The position numbers and the translations under genes were made by a program. A DNA stretch of 18,715 bases from Bdellovibrionota bacterium (GTDB taxonomy: Bacteria > Bdellovibrionota > UBA1018 > UBA923): contig JBFMCE010000078.1 of the NCBI GenBank assembly GCA_040754655.1, forward strand, positions 1 through 18,715. Reading direction: 5' to 3'. The number at the start of each line of letters is the position of its first letter. Position 1 is the stretch's first letter. Below are positions 1 to 7,443 of this stretch, piece by piece. The notes below the pieces were generated by a model that saw nothing but the letters and a program-made list of their open reading frames with translations, searched no databases and was not told where the DNA came from.

Positions 1-651
1 CACTGGAGCTATAAACTCCTCAGGTTCTCTGAGCGAGTAACCCGCGCCATAAATCGTTTCAATGCGATACTGCATGCCTTGAAGCGCTCGACGCAGACCC
101 ACGATGTGCGCATCGATGGTGCGGTTGCTCACGACGGTTCCCTTCCAGACATTCTTCAAGATGTTCGGACGAGAAACCACTTTTCCCGAGTTCTGCATCA
201 AATACCAAAGCAACTTGAACTCAAGCACAGAGAGGGTGCGCAAACTGCCGGCGACCGTCACCGAGAGAGAGGAACGATTTGCGATGAGGTCACCGCATGA
301 GACCTCAACCGGACCCTCGTCAACAAGCTTCGAACGTTTGAGCAGAGTGTTCACCCTGAACGCGAGTTCAGCGATGTTGAGCGGAGTGAAGATGAAGTCA
401 TCGGCCATTTCGAGGATGCTGTTCTCGGGGCCAACCTTATTGCTATCGACGGCTAACAATAGCGGAACTTTTCCACGTGTCTCGTTGATGCGGATCACAT
501 TCGAAAGCCTTGCGCCGTCCGTAGCCGTTGTCGTGGCGATGATGGCGGCTGGTTGCTCTCCGGGCAGTGAGAGTTGATATCCCAATCCCTCTAAGACCCC
601 TTGAAGATGAGCTCTTTCATCCGCACTTGATACGACTAGAATTTTTTCCAT
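1..651 (-). CDS. OmpR/PhoB-family winged-helix response regulator with atypical (pseudo-)receiver domain; 3' end runs off the window
   Basis: Manual translation of the minus strand from ATG at 651 (GGGGG SD-like motif 5 nt upstream) is open to position 1: MEKILVVSSADERAHLQGVLEGLGY...DDFIFTPLNIAELAFRVNTLLKR...LSVLEFKLLWYLMQNSGKVVSRPNILKNVWKGTVVSNRTIDAHIVGLRRAL...IETIYGAGYSL. The C-terminal half matches the Trans_reg_C pattern (LT.xEF.LL, R..L...VW, R..D.HI..LR, I.T..G.GY). Missing from the ORF track because no stop codon lies in the window. Confidence 0.9.
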   Translation of the reverse strand, partial: MEKILVVSSADERAHLQGVLEGLGYQLSLPGEQPAAIIATTTATDGARLSNVIRINETRGKVPLLLAVDSNKVGPENSILEMADDFIFTPLNIAELAFRVNTLLKRSKLVDEGPVEVSCGDLIANRSSLSVTVAGSLRTLSVLEFKLLWYLMQNSGKVVSRPNILKNVWKGTVVSNRTIDAHIVGLRRALQGMQYRIETIYGAGYSLREPEEFIAPV

Positions 652-742
652 ATTAACCCCCAATTCACTGATGTTAGAGCGAACCCTTGTACTAAACACA
701 GTTTAAGCAAATATTAAAAATCAGGGGCTGACAGCAAAAAAA

Positions 743-1510
743 TTAAATACCTGAAACCCCGATGCTCAGACCGCCGTCGAGAAAAAGAGTTTGACCTGTC
801 ATATATGACGCCTCATTCGAGGCTAGGAAAGCGGCTAGTGAGGCGATCTCCCGCGGATCGCCAATGCGTTTCAACGGAATGCGGTTGATGAATTTCTCTT
901 TTACTTCTGCAGGAATAGCTTGCGTGAGCGCAGATTCAAAAAGTCCCGGAGCAATCGCATTCACCGTGACATTGTATTTTGCAAGCTCAAGAGCCATCGT
1001 GCGTGTCATGCCGATGACGGCCGCTTTTGACGCAGAGTAGTTCGTTTGTCCGATATTTCCCAGGGCCGCGATCGACGAAAGGCTGATGATCCTGCCCCAT
1101 TTCTGCTCAACCATCAAAGGGGCCGCGGCTTGCGAGCAGTTAAATACGCCTTTGAGGTTCACTCGAATCACTTCATCAAATTTCTCTTCGCTCGTCTTGT
1201 GCAGCATCGAATCGCGCGTGATGCCTGCATTGTTCACAAGAATATCAAGGCGCCCGAACCTCGCTTTGATCTCGTCGATCAAGGCCTTCGCCGAAGAGTG
1301 GCTCGAAACGTCGTGCGTGCTCGCGAAACTTTTTCTGCCCATTTTCTCGATTTCTCTCGAGACGGCCTCTGCGTTTTCTCGATTCAAATCATTTACAACG
1401 ATGTCTGCGCCGTCTTGAGCCAGGCGAAGCGCGGTGGCTTGCCCCAAACCTCGGCCAGAACCTGTGATAAGAGCGACACGATCTTTGAGACCGTCGTGGT
1501 GGTGAGACAT
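743..1510 (-). CDS. fabG: 3-oxoacyl-ACP reductase / beta-ketoacyl reductase (classical SDR)
   Basis: TGSGRGLG cofactor motif, LVNNAGITRD, catalytic YSASK, GQTNY, VNAIAPG, YMTGQTL. Start reassigned to ATG 1510 (MSHHHDGLKDRVALITG) with GGAGG SD upstream; the longer 1675 start overlaps the divergent gene. Could be a FabG paralogue. Confidence 0.85.
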   Translation of the reverse strand: MSHHHDGLKDRVALITGSGRGLGQATALRLAQDGADIVVNDLNRENAEAVSREIEKMGRKSFASTHDVSSHSSAKALIDEIKARFGRLDILVNNAGITRDSMLHKTSEEKFDEVIRVNLKGVFNCSQAAAPLMVEQKWGRIISLSSIAALGNIGQTNYSASKAAVIGMTRTMALELAKYNVTVNAIAPGLFESALTQAIPAEVKEKFINRIPLKRIGDPREIASLAAFLASNEASYMTGQTLFLDGGLSIGVSGI

Positions 1511-1550
1511 GAGTTTTGACCCTCCGTTTTCTTTCGCGGTGAAGGCCGCC

Positions 1551-1579
1551 ATACTAGCCAGGCTTGAGCCATGTTTCAA
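1551..1579 (-). promoter_or_regulatory. sigma70-type promoter for fabG with GC-rich discriminator
   Basis: Minus strand reads TTGAAA-17 nt-TAGTAT followed by GGCGGCC, about 40 nt upstream of the ATG at 1510. Confidence 0.6.
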
Positions 1580-1593
1580 GCAATCAAGAGGTA

Positions 1594-1602
1594 TGCTAGA
1601 AT
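1594..1602 (+). promoter_or_regulatory. extended -10 promoter element (TGnTAGAAT), probably giving a leaderless or very short leader mRNA
   Basis: TGCTAGAAT lies 8 nt before ATG 1611, with no SD sequence between them. Confidence 0.45.
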
Positions 1603-1610
1603 TTAACGAA

Positions 1611-2213
1611 ATGATCCTAAAAGCTTTGACTATCGCCTTTGCGGTTTCTGCTCCGGCAACTGTTTGGGCTGCCATGGCCAGTGTGCTCGGACACCCGGCT
1701 CAAGATATTCGACGGATGTTTCCTGAGTCGTCTCGTTACGTCGTGCGCGATTTGATTCCCATACGGCATGCGAAGAAAGATCTTTTGAAAAGAGTCATCG
1801 AAGACATCGGTGAAACAATCGCCGATATCGATCAAGAGTATGACACGCTTGAAACGCCGAGAACCTTCTATGCCGTTTATCAAGGCGATCGCTACATTGG
1901 GCTAGTCCACGGCGTGAACGTGAGGCTTGATCGGGGCCCAATGCAAGTTTTCGTGGCGTACGAGAAAAAGGGCAAGATCAGAGATGTTTATCTGCAGAAG
2001 ATGAGCTTTAAAGATGCCCCCATGTTTCGAGCGAAAACGTATTCAGATCAATTTCGTCGTTATGGCTTAGGGCAGCGTTTTGAGGGCATTCACCTGAAGC
2101 CCCCGGTGCGTAACCCCACTGAAGAGATTTTGAAGGTGCATCACGCCGTGGTCAGGGCGGTGCGAATGAACATGGCTTATGTGAAGTTTCTTTATAATGA
2201 GTTCAACGAGTGA
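1611..2213 (+). CDS. exported protein with FMN_bind/RnfG-like fold
   Basis: Signal peptide MILKALTIAFAVSAPATVWA. The segments 'RMFPES', 'YAVYQGDRYIGLVHGVNVRLDRGPMQVFVAYEKKGKIRDVYLQKM', 'YSDQF' and a C-terminal 'AVVRAVR' helix parallel FMN-binding-domain proteins. Start chosen at 1611 rather than 1509. Confidence 0.55.
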   Translation: MILKALTIAFAVSAPATVWAAMASVLGHPAQDIRRMFPESSRYVVRDLIPIRHAKKDLLKRVIEDIGETIADIDQEYDTLETPRTFYAVYQGDRYIGLVHGVNVRLDRGPMQVFVAYEKKGKIRDVYLQKMSFKDAPMFRAKTYSDQFRRYGLGQRFEGIHLKPPVRNPTEEILKVHHAVVRAVRMNMAYVKFLYNEFNE

Positions 2214-2233
2214 GAAACGGAATCAATCCCATC

Positions 2234-3496
2234 TTATTGAGGCTCTGCTCTCACAAAAGCCCTTTTTCCGTCTGAGACGACTCTGACTTTCAGTAGTTTT
2301 GGACCTTCGTCTTCAAAACCAAAGACAGACTCTACAGCTTCATTATAGGCCTCTTGCCCCACCACTTTTTCTAGATCAACAGAAACTGAAACCCGTGGCT
2401 TCATTAAAAGCGTGCGTCGCAAATGATGGGTCGTACTTTTCGAAATGAGCTTGTCTCGGGTGCCGTCAAAAACATAGGCAGCACGGTCTCTGCTTTTAAA
2501 TTCCTGCGCTAACGAGGGTAAGATGAGCTCTCTTAAGCTTACATCGACCACTACTCCGTCTTTCGGAGTCACTCCTCTGACGTAACCTGCTTCGACCCAG
2601 CCCTCTTCAAGTTTCTCTGGCAATGCGAAATCTGCGCGCTCAAGGTCGCGTGTACGATGGTATTGCAAGAAGTAAACTTTGCCGTCAACGTACTGCATTT
2701 CTATGATCGGCACGTGTCGGGGGTCAAACCGGGGAAGCTTTCGCACTTTCTTATAGAGCTTGATCGCCGATTGAACGACATTTAATTGGTTTTGCTCAAA
2801 CCACTGAATTTGGGGATTCTCGGTAAAAGACGCAAAGTCTGGATCAGCTTTCATAGACGGATCGATTTCAAATCGACCCGCTGTAATCTTTGATTGTTCC
2901 ACGATCGCGTAATTGCCGCTTGTCAACAAGCCTGTGAACTCTTTTAGGTCTGAAAACACATGAAATTTATCGCCGACGGCGCTGTCGGCGACTACGGCGA
3001 TATTAATGCCCCCAAGTTTTTCCCAAGCGCTAAATGAAATCTCTTTCTTATAAGCTTCGAAATCGAGGCTTGCGGCATCGGTGTATTTTCTGAGGTTTTT
3101 GGCTGATAGTTCTCTTAGCCTATCTTGCAAACCAGCTTCGTCTATTTCCCCCTTTTTGAAAGCATCGAACGCCTTCGTCAAAGGCTCTTTTAAATGACCT
3201 GTGGGTGGGTAGACCAAACTATCCAAAACTCCAGAAGGGCCATTGTACTCGTCTCGGTGTTCGGTTCTGAATATTCGAAAGGGAAGTCCGGAAGCCAAGG
3301 CTTCAGCAAAACTATCAAAAATGCGCGGGGTAGGTACGTAAGACCCCACATAAAGGCCGATTTCCCTCTTAGGTTGTCTGGGCGGGTTGGCGAGATAGTA
3401 ATCTCTCACCAAAATTTCAGAGCACGAGCTCTCGTTTGCTTGAGCAGTGAGATGGGCGCCAAGAAAAGCGATAATAGCTAAAGTTAAAAACCGCAT
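2234..3496 (-). CDS. exported hypothetical protein with PPDK_N/ATP-grasp-like motifs
   Basis: Likely start ATG 3496 (MRFLTLAIIAFLGAHLTAQA, an AxA-type signal peptide), 420 aa. Motifs FRTEHRDEYNGPSGVLDS and PIIEMQYVDGKVYFLQYHR resemble the VRSS...E...AG and DIEW...G.LYILQ.R motifs of the PEP-synthase/PPDK nucleotide-binding domain. Confidence 0.6.
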   Translation of the reverse strand: MRFLTLAIIAFLGAHLTAQANESSCSEILVRDYYLANPPRQPKREIGLYVGSYVPTPRIFDSFAEALASGLPFRIFRTEHRDEYNGPSGVLDSLVYPPTGHLKEPLTKAFDAFKKGEIDEAGLQDRLRELSAKNLRKYTDAASLDFEAYKKEISFSAWEKLGGINIAVVADSAVGDKFHVFSDLKEFTGLLTSGNYAIVEQSKITAGRFEIDPSMKADPDFASFTENPQIQWFEQNQLNVVQSAIKLYKKVRKLPRFDPRHVPIIEMQYVDGKVYFLQYHRTRDLERADFALPEKLEEGWVEAGYVRGVTPKDGVVVDVSLRELILPSLAQEFKSRDRAAYVFDGTRDKLISKSTTHHLRRTLLMKPRVSVSVDLEKVVGQEAYNEAVESVFGFEDEGPKLLKVRVVSDGKRAFVRAEPQ

Positions 3497-3726
3497 TGCG
3501 ACGCTATCTCTACAATGCCGATGAAATTTGGTCAAGTACAGGGCCGCAGAGCTATAGAAAGCAATTGAGACGTTTTCTCTAACTTCTTTGACCGCAGTGA
3601 AAAGGTTCGCGTAGATTGTTGCAACCGACGAGTGATACGATAGTGTGCGAACTCGGGATGATGGCCCACTTCTCGAATGCTTTACTTTCGTAAGTCGTGT
3701 CAATCAATTGTCTATTCGACGAGTGA

Positions 3727-5163
3727 TCATCTTACTTCAACACCTTGAAATTTTGTCGGTACGAGATTCAAGATCGACTTAACTTCCTCTGGAGAAAGCA
3801 GTGGACCATCTTGCGGCATTTCACGATTGACTAAAAGTTCACTCAATTTAGGACTTCCGAGAATTTTCGCCCGTTCCCCTTCGTGGCACGTACCAGTACA
3901 AAGAGATTCCATTAACAGATTGGCATCGAGGTTTTGTTCGGCAACCGAATTAGATGTAACAGGAACAGGCGAAATCAATCTATTTATTTCCGTACATAGT
4001 CTGGGATCATCTTGGAATCTATATCTCCTAAACTCATCTAGCTCATCTTCATTTAAACCTGCATTTCCTACCATTGCTCTTACGCTTGCAAATTGCTTCT
4101 GGAATTTGGGATTTTGGGCAAGAAGTTTCCCCGCAAATAACGTAGTCATCCAACCCGCGCCGGTCCAATCGGTCATTTTATCCTTAGGATTCAATTGAAG
4201 ATCCTCATGTAATTGTTTCAGATGAGGATCGGGCGGAAAACTATCTTCGTATCTCAAGGGCCCGCATGCCATGGAAGCAAAGAGTCTAATCTGTTCATCT
4301 TCAGGCAGTTGCAATAGCCTTCTCTCTGCTCGATCGAAAGCCATCTTGGCTAAAAACCTAAGAAGCCGAAGATTAGGTCTATCTTTAATATCGCTACCTC
4401 GACCTTTACCGCTATATGGAAACAAGGGATTCTCTGATGTGCGAGTCCAATCCAAAAGCGCATAAGCTCCGTCTGAGGATTTTACTTTAATAAGTTTTTC
4501 CTCGAGTTTTTGTGAGTCTTCATGAGAAAGCGCTTCGTCATCGAATACAAGGGACCCGGGCCAACCAGGGTAGTCACCCCACCTTCCTAGCCAATCGGAG
4601 GTATGACAGTTTTGGCATTTGCCTTCGGTTACTCGCCCGTCTTTATTTGGCTCGTTGACATAAGCTAGTATTTTCCCCTTAGGAGAGACTTGAATTAGCC
4701 CCGGCTTCGTTACTCCACCGGAGGGATTTCCTCGACCGTCATATTTGAGCTTGGAATGGGTAGTTATCTCTATGTCTTGACATCCCGGCATTGGATTATC
4801 ATTAAAACTAATGATTACTTTGTCCCCATTGGCATACTCCATAAAGGTGATAGCTCTGAGGTATGTAGAATTGATACATTCTGAGTTTCTTCCCTCACTT
4901 CTCTCCATTAAGAGAAAGCTCCCTCTTAGGCCCTTCGGAAAAGCTTTGATCAGATCGTTTCGTTTATGAATACCTTGCTGAGCGGCGAACTCCTGAATAA
5001 CCTCGAGCGAAAGCGGAGCAGTAATGCCGGAATCTTGCTTACCAGATTTTTCTTTAGCGTAGACGGGTGTAAAAAGAGTAAACAATATCAATATTCCAAA
5101 TACCCATCTCACGGGTGATGGCAACGCGTTGAAATCGTAGTGAAAATCATTAAAAATTCTCAT
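3727..5163 (-). CDS. exported c-type cytochrome, probably diheme
   Basis: Hydrophobic signal peptide ending PVYA. Canonical CQNCH at 4603-4617 and CTGTCH at 3883-3900, the latter followed by EMPQDGPLLSPEEVKSIL, typical of class I cytochrome c C-termini. AGAGAGAGG SD-like motif upstream. Confidence 0.7.
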   Translation of the reverse strand: MRIFNDFHYDFNALPSPVRWVFGILILFTLFTPVYAKEKSGKQDSGITAPLSLEVIQEFAAQQGIHKRNDLIKAFPKGLRGSFLLMERSEGRNSECINSTYLRAITFMEYANGDKVIISFNDNPMPGCQDIEITTHSKLKYDGRGNPSGGVTKPGLIQVSPKGKILAYVNEPNKDGRVTEGKCQNCHTSDWLGRWGDYPGWPGSLVFDDEALSHEDSQKLEEKLIKVKSSDGAYALLDWTRTSENPLFPYSGKGRGSDIKDRPNLRLLRFLAKMAFDRAERRLLQLPEDEQIRLFASMACGPLRYEDSFPPDPHLKQLHEDLQLNPKDKMTDWTGAGWMTTLFAGKLLAQNPKFQKQFASVRAMVGNAGLNEDELDEFRRYRFQDDPRLCTEINRLISPVPVTSNSVAEQNLDANLLMESLCTGTCHEGERAKILGSPKLSELLVNREMPQDGPLLSPEEVKSILNLVPTKFQGVEVR

Positions 5164-5192
5164 AACTGAGGCCTCTCTCTACTTGTATACAT

Positions 5193-5209
5193 TTCAAGTA
5201 TTAAGCCAA
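5193..5209 (-). promoter_or_regulatory. possible sigma54 (-24/-12) promoter for the cytochrome gene
   Basis: Minus strand TTGGCTTAATACTTGAA: GG and the -12 dinucleotide are at the correct spacing, but the latter is GA rather than GC. It sits just upstream of the SD. Confidence 0.35.
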
Positions 5210-5272
5210 AGAGTTTAGGCCGTATGTCCCACGGAAGTCGCTACAGCAAACCTTCGCCTAAGGTTCAAAATG

Positions 5273-5292
5273 CACTTCCGGCGCCGGAAGTG
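5273..5292. repeat. perfect 20-bp palindrome CACTTCCGGCGCCGGAAGTG
   Basis: Directly read: CACTTCCGGC is the exact reverse complement of GCCGGAAGTG. Intergenic. Confidence 0.85.
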
Positions 5293-5530
5293 AGAAATTA
5301 GCCAGCTGCCTCCCGCAACACACCCTACACGGACGGATATCGCCGGCTATGATTCAATCTGTTAATATCAATGTCCTAAGTCATTGTGTTGCACTTGGTC
5401 CCATGGCTTGCAGATTAGGCTTGGGTCTAACTTTTGGAGAGTCTAGCTATTATGCCTACTGCAAAAAAGCGCATTGGTCACCGTAACGACGTCTACGAAA
5501 AGTAATAGTTTGACCAGTTCGTGAGTTTGG

Positions 5531-7225
5531 TCATTTTAAAGCCTGACCCAGAACTTTCCCCTCAGCACCCGATGGCGCGATGATTCCAAAAGCCGCGCTC
5601 AGCGTGGGAGCAATCTCAGACAAAGTGATGCGATCCCACGATTGCAGTTTTCGAAAAGGTTTTCCCTTAAAAACAATGGGAATGCTCGAATCTTGCACCG
5701 TGGGGTTTTCATGTTCCGTGCCCCCAGTAGAGGCTTGGGGCACTTGAAGAAAACCTGGACGCGCGGCAAACACGCCATCGCCTGAGCGCTGGGTGTGGGT
5801 AGTGCGCGCAAGCTTTTGCGAAATTTCGGTGCCTTGAGTGCGACCTTCGAGAACATCGGTTTTCGCATAGGCTTCGACGACGAATGGTTGGCTACGAAGC
5901 CATTTTGCAAGCAATCGTGAGGCATGATCGAGATCGACTTTTTTCTTCGCTAAAAGCGGGCGATTCAGAAAGAGATGGGTTTCGCCCCAAAACACCACAG
6001 GGTTTTCGTTTTCACCGAGGTCAAGCTTTGCTCTCATCGCTTTGTTGGCGAGGCTCAGCCCTTCGACATCAGAGTACCAATCACCCGGAAGCCGTTGAGC
6101 TTTGGAAAAGATCGGAGCCGGCGAAACTCCGTGATCCGCCGTGAGCACGAAAACCACGTTTTCAATCCCGCCCGGAACCAAAGCATCAAGCTTTGCAAAG
6201 AAATCTGCCAGCATACGATCAAGTCTCACGAAGGCGTCTAGCATTTGAGGAGAGTTTGGATCAAAACGATGTCCCAATGCATCGAATGACGAGAGGCTTA
6301 CGCCCAGAAAGTCAGGTGCCGCATCTTTTCCTAAACCAAGATTCTTCGTTACTTCGAGCGCGGTGTCTAAAATATAAGCGTTGCCCCAGGGCGAGATCAG
6401 AAACGGAACAAGTTTTTTCTGAATGGGATGAGGGAACTGCTCTCCGAGGCCCAAGGTCTTTCCGATCATTTGCGGTTCAAGGGTGTACGAGAGCGAATAT
6501 GCTTTTTCTGGCAAGAGTTTGGTCCACGTTTGTGGAACTCGTTTTTCGAGATAATCGTACTTGTTCCACTCTTGAAGCCACAGAGGTGTTTTTTCGACAT
6601 AGTATTTGCTGGTGATCCAAGCTTGAGCGAGTTCTTCATACCAAAGGGCGAGGTCGGCGCGGTGCCCGCCCAATAAAATCGCTGAACGGTCTTTCAAGGA
6701 AACTCCGGCGACTTTTGCTCGTCCGGCCGTGGCATTCTTAAGTTCATCTGCAAATGTTGAGACTTGAAGGTTTTTCGGGGATCGTCCTCTTCCAAGTTCA
6801 CTGAGTTTGGCGGGCAGTTCAGAGGTGTGCACCAGTGGTGAACTCTGATCTTCCATGCAGTAAACCGCATCACCAAGTGACTCCTCAAACCAACGGTGGG
6901 CGATGATTCCATGCAGGGAAGGAGGTGCTCCGGTTGCGACGGCAGCATGTCCTAGACCAGTGATATTGATGGCGTGACCGGTTTGCGCGTTTTTGAAGTA
7001 GGCGCCGTTGTCGGTAAGATAGCGAAAGCCGCCGGGCTTAGAGCCTTGTTTTGCGGGTAAAAGCAAAGAACCGTATTTAGTAAGGTAGTCGCTTCGCAAC
7101 TGATCGACTACGATCGTTACGACAAGGCGGGCGGGTGGGTTGGAAAGCAGCTCTGCTTTTGCCTCAGCTGATCCACTTATCCACAGAATTATCCACAAAA
7201 AGAAGATTTTCGGTGTGCGCAACAT
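5531..7225 (-). CDS. pafA: alkaline phosphatase superfamily protein, PafA/PhoK (nucleotide pyrophosphatase-like) type, exported
   Basis: VVTIVVDQLRSDYL (metal Asp), HAINITGLGHAAVATG (Thr nucleophile), GIIAHRW, RSPKNL, VSLKDRSAILLGGH, SSFDALGH, LTADHG, GTEH; N-terminal signal peptide; GAGGT SD upstream. Confidence 0.85.
   Translation of the reverse strand: MLRTPKIFFLWIILWISGSAEAKAELLSNPPARLVVTIVVDQLRSDYLTKYGSLLLPAKQGSKPGGFRYLTDNGAYFKNAQTGHAINITGLGHAAVATGAPPSLHGIIAHRWFEESLGDAVYCMEDQSSPLVHTSELPAKLSELGRGRSPKNLQVSTFADELKNATAGRAKVAGVSLKDRSAILLGGHRADLALWYEELAQAWITSKYYVEKTPLWLQEWNKYDYLEKRVPQTWTKLLPEKAYSLSYTLEPQMIGKTLGLGEQFPHPIQKKLVPFLISPWGNAYILDTALEVTKNLGLGKDAAPDFLGVSLSSFDALGHRFDPNSPQMLDAFVRLDRMLADFFAKLDALVPGGIENVVFVLTADHGVSPAPIFSKAQRLPGDWYSDVEGLSLANKAMRAKLDLGENENPVVFWGETHLFLNRPLLAKKKVDLDHASRLLAKWLRSQPFVVEAYAKTDVLEGRTQGTEISQKLARTTHTQRSGDGVFAARPGFLQVPQASTGGTEHENPTVQDSSIPIVFKGKPFRKLQSWDRITLSEIAPTLSAAFGIIAPSGAEGKVLGQALK
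7177..7197 (+). promoter_or_regulatory. two tandem perfect DnaA boxes (TTATCCACA)
   Basis: TTATCCACA at 7177-7185 and 7189-7197, plus a 7/9 match TGATCCACT at 7169-7177. The sequence match is certain; function is not, because the boxes lie within signal-peptide codons (LWII/LWIS). Confidence 0.45.
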
Positions 7226-7443
7226 GTTTTGGACCTCTAAAAGAATGAAAAGCTACTGCGGCAAACGATTCATTGCCTGTGCCAAGAAAAACCGGGAACA
7301 AAAAATCCTCACAGCCCACAGGGGGGATGCTCCGGTTTTTTGTTCCCGGTTTTTCTTGTCTCGGCTCATGCCTCATTTGCCTCGCGACGCTTTTCATTCT
7401 TTTAGAGGTCCTTAAAACAATGCATGAGCACACCGACAAAATC
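7205..7443. repeat. long imperfect inverted repeat (~240 bp)
   Basis: Perfect 23-bp pairs 7231-7253/7389-7411 and 7283-7305/7336-7358. Further pairing at 7211-7218/7428-7435 and 7205-7210/7438-7443. Central spacer of 30 nt. Confidence 0.92.
7269..7285 (-). promoter_or_regulatory. possible sigma54 promoter for the phosphatase gene
   Basis: Minus strand TTGGCACAGGCAATGAA: consensus -24 element (TGGCAC) and correct spacing, but the -12 is ATGA rather than TTGC. About 45 nt upstream of the start codon. Confidence 0.4.

Noticed and set aside
79..577. + strand ORFs of 73 and 157 aa
   Set aside because: Antisense shadows of the minus-strand response regulator; no recognisable motifs.
714..742. Intrinsic terminator after fabG (TCAG-CCC-CTGA then T-tract)
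   Set aside because: The stem is only 4 bp, too weak to call.
1511..1675. N-terminal extensions of fabG (to 1675) and of the + ORF (from 1509)
   Set aside because: They overlap each other and the promoter elements. SD and signal-peptide evidence support starts at 1510 and 1611.
3497..3703. 69-aa N-terminal extension of the 489-aa ORF
   Set aside because: It precedes an obvious signal peptide starting at ATG 3496 and is probably non-coding.
5240..5312. Resemblance to a c-di-GMP-I (GEMM) riboswitch (GCAAACC...CCTAAGG...TAGCCAGCTGCC)
   Set aside because: No GNRA-capped first stem or GACGCAAA junction, and it is on the + strand with no downstream + gene. An Infernal search would be needed to revive the idea.
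7225..7420. 6S RNA or integron attC interpretation of the long hairpin
   Set aside because: The stems are perfect and A/T-tract rich, pairing extends into a coding region, and the usual 6S neighbours (zapA, ygfA) are absent. There are no proper RYYYAAC/GTTRRRY ends and no integrase.
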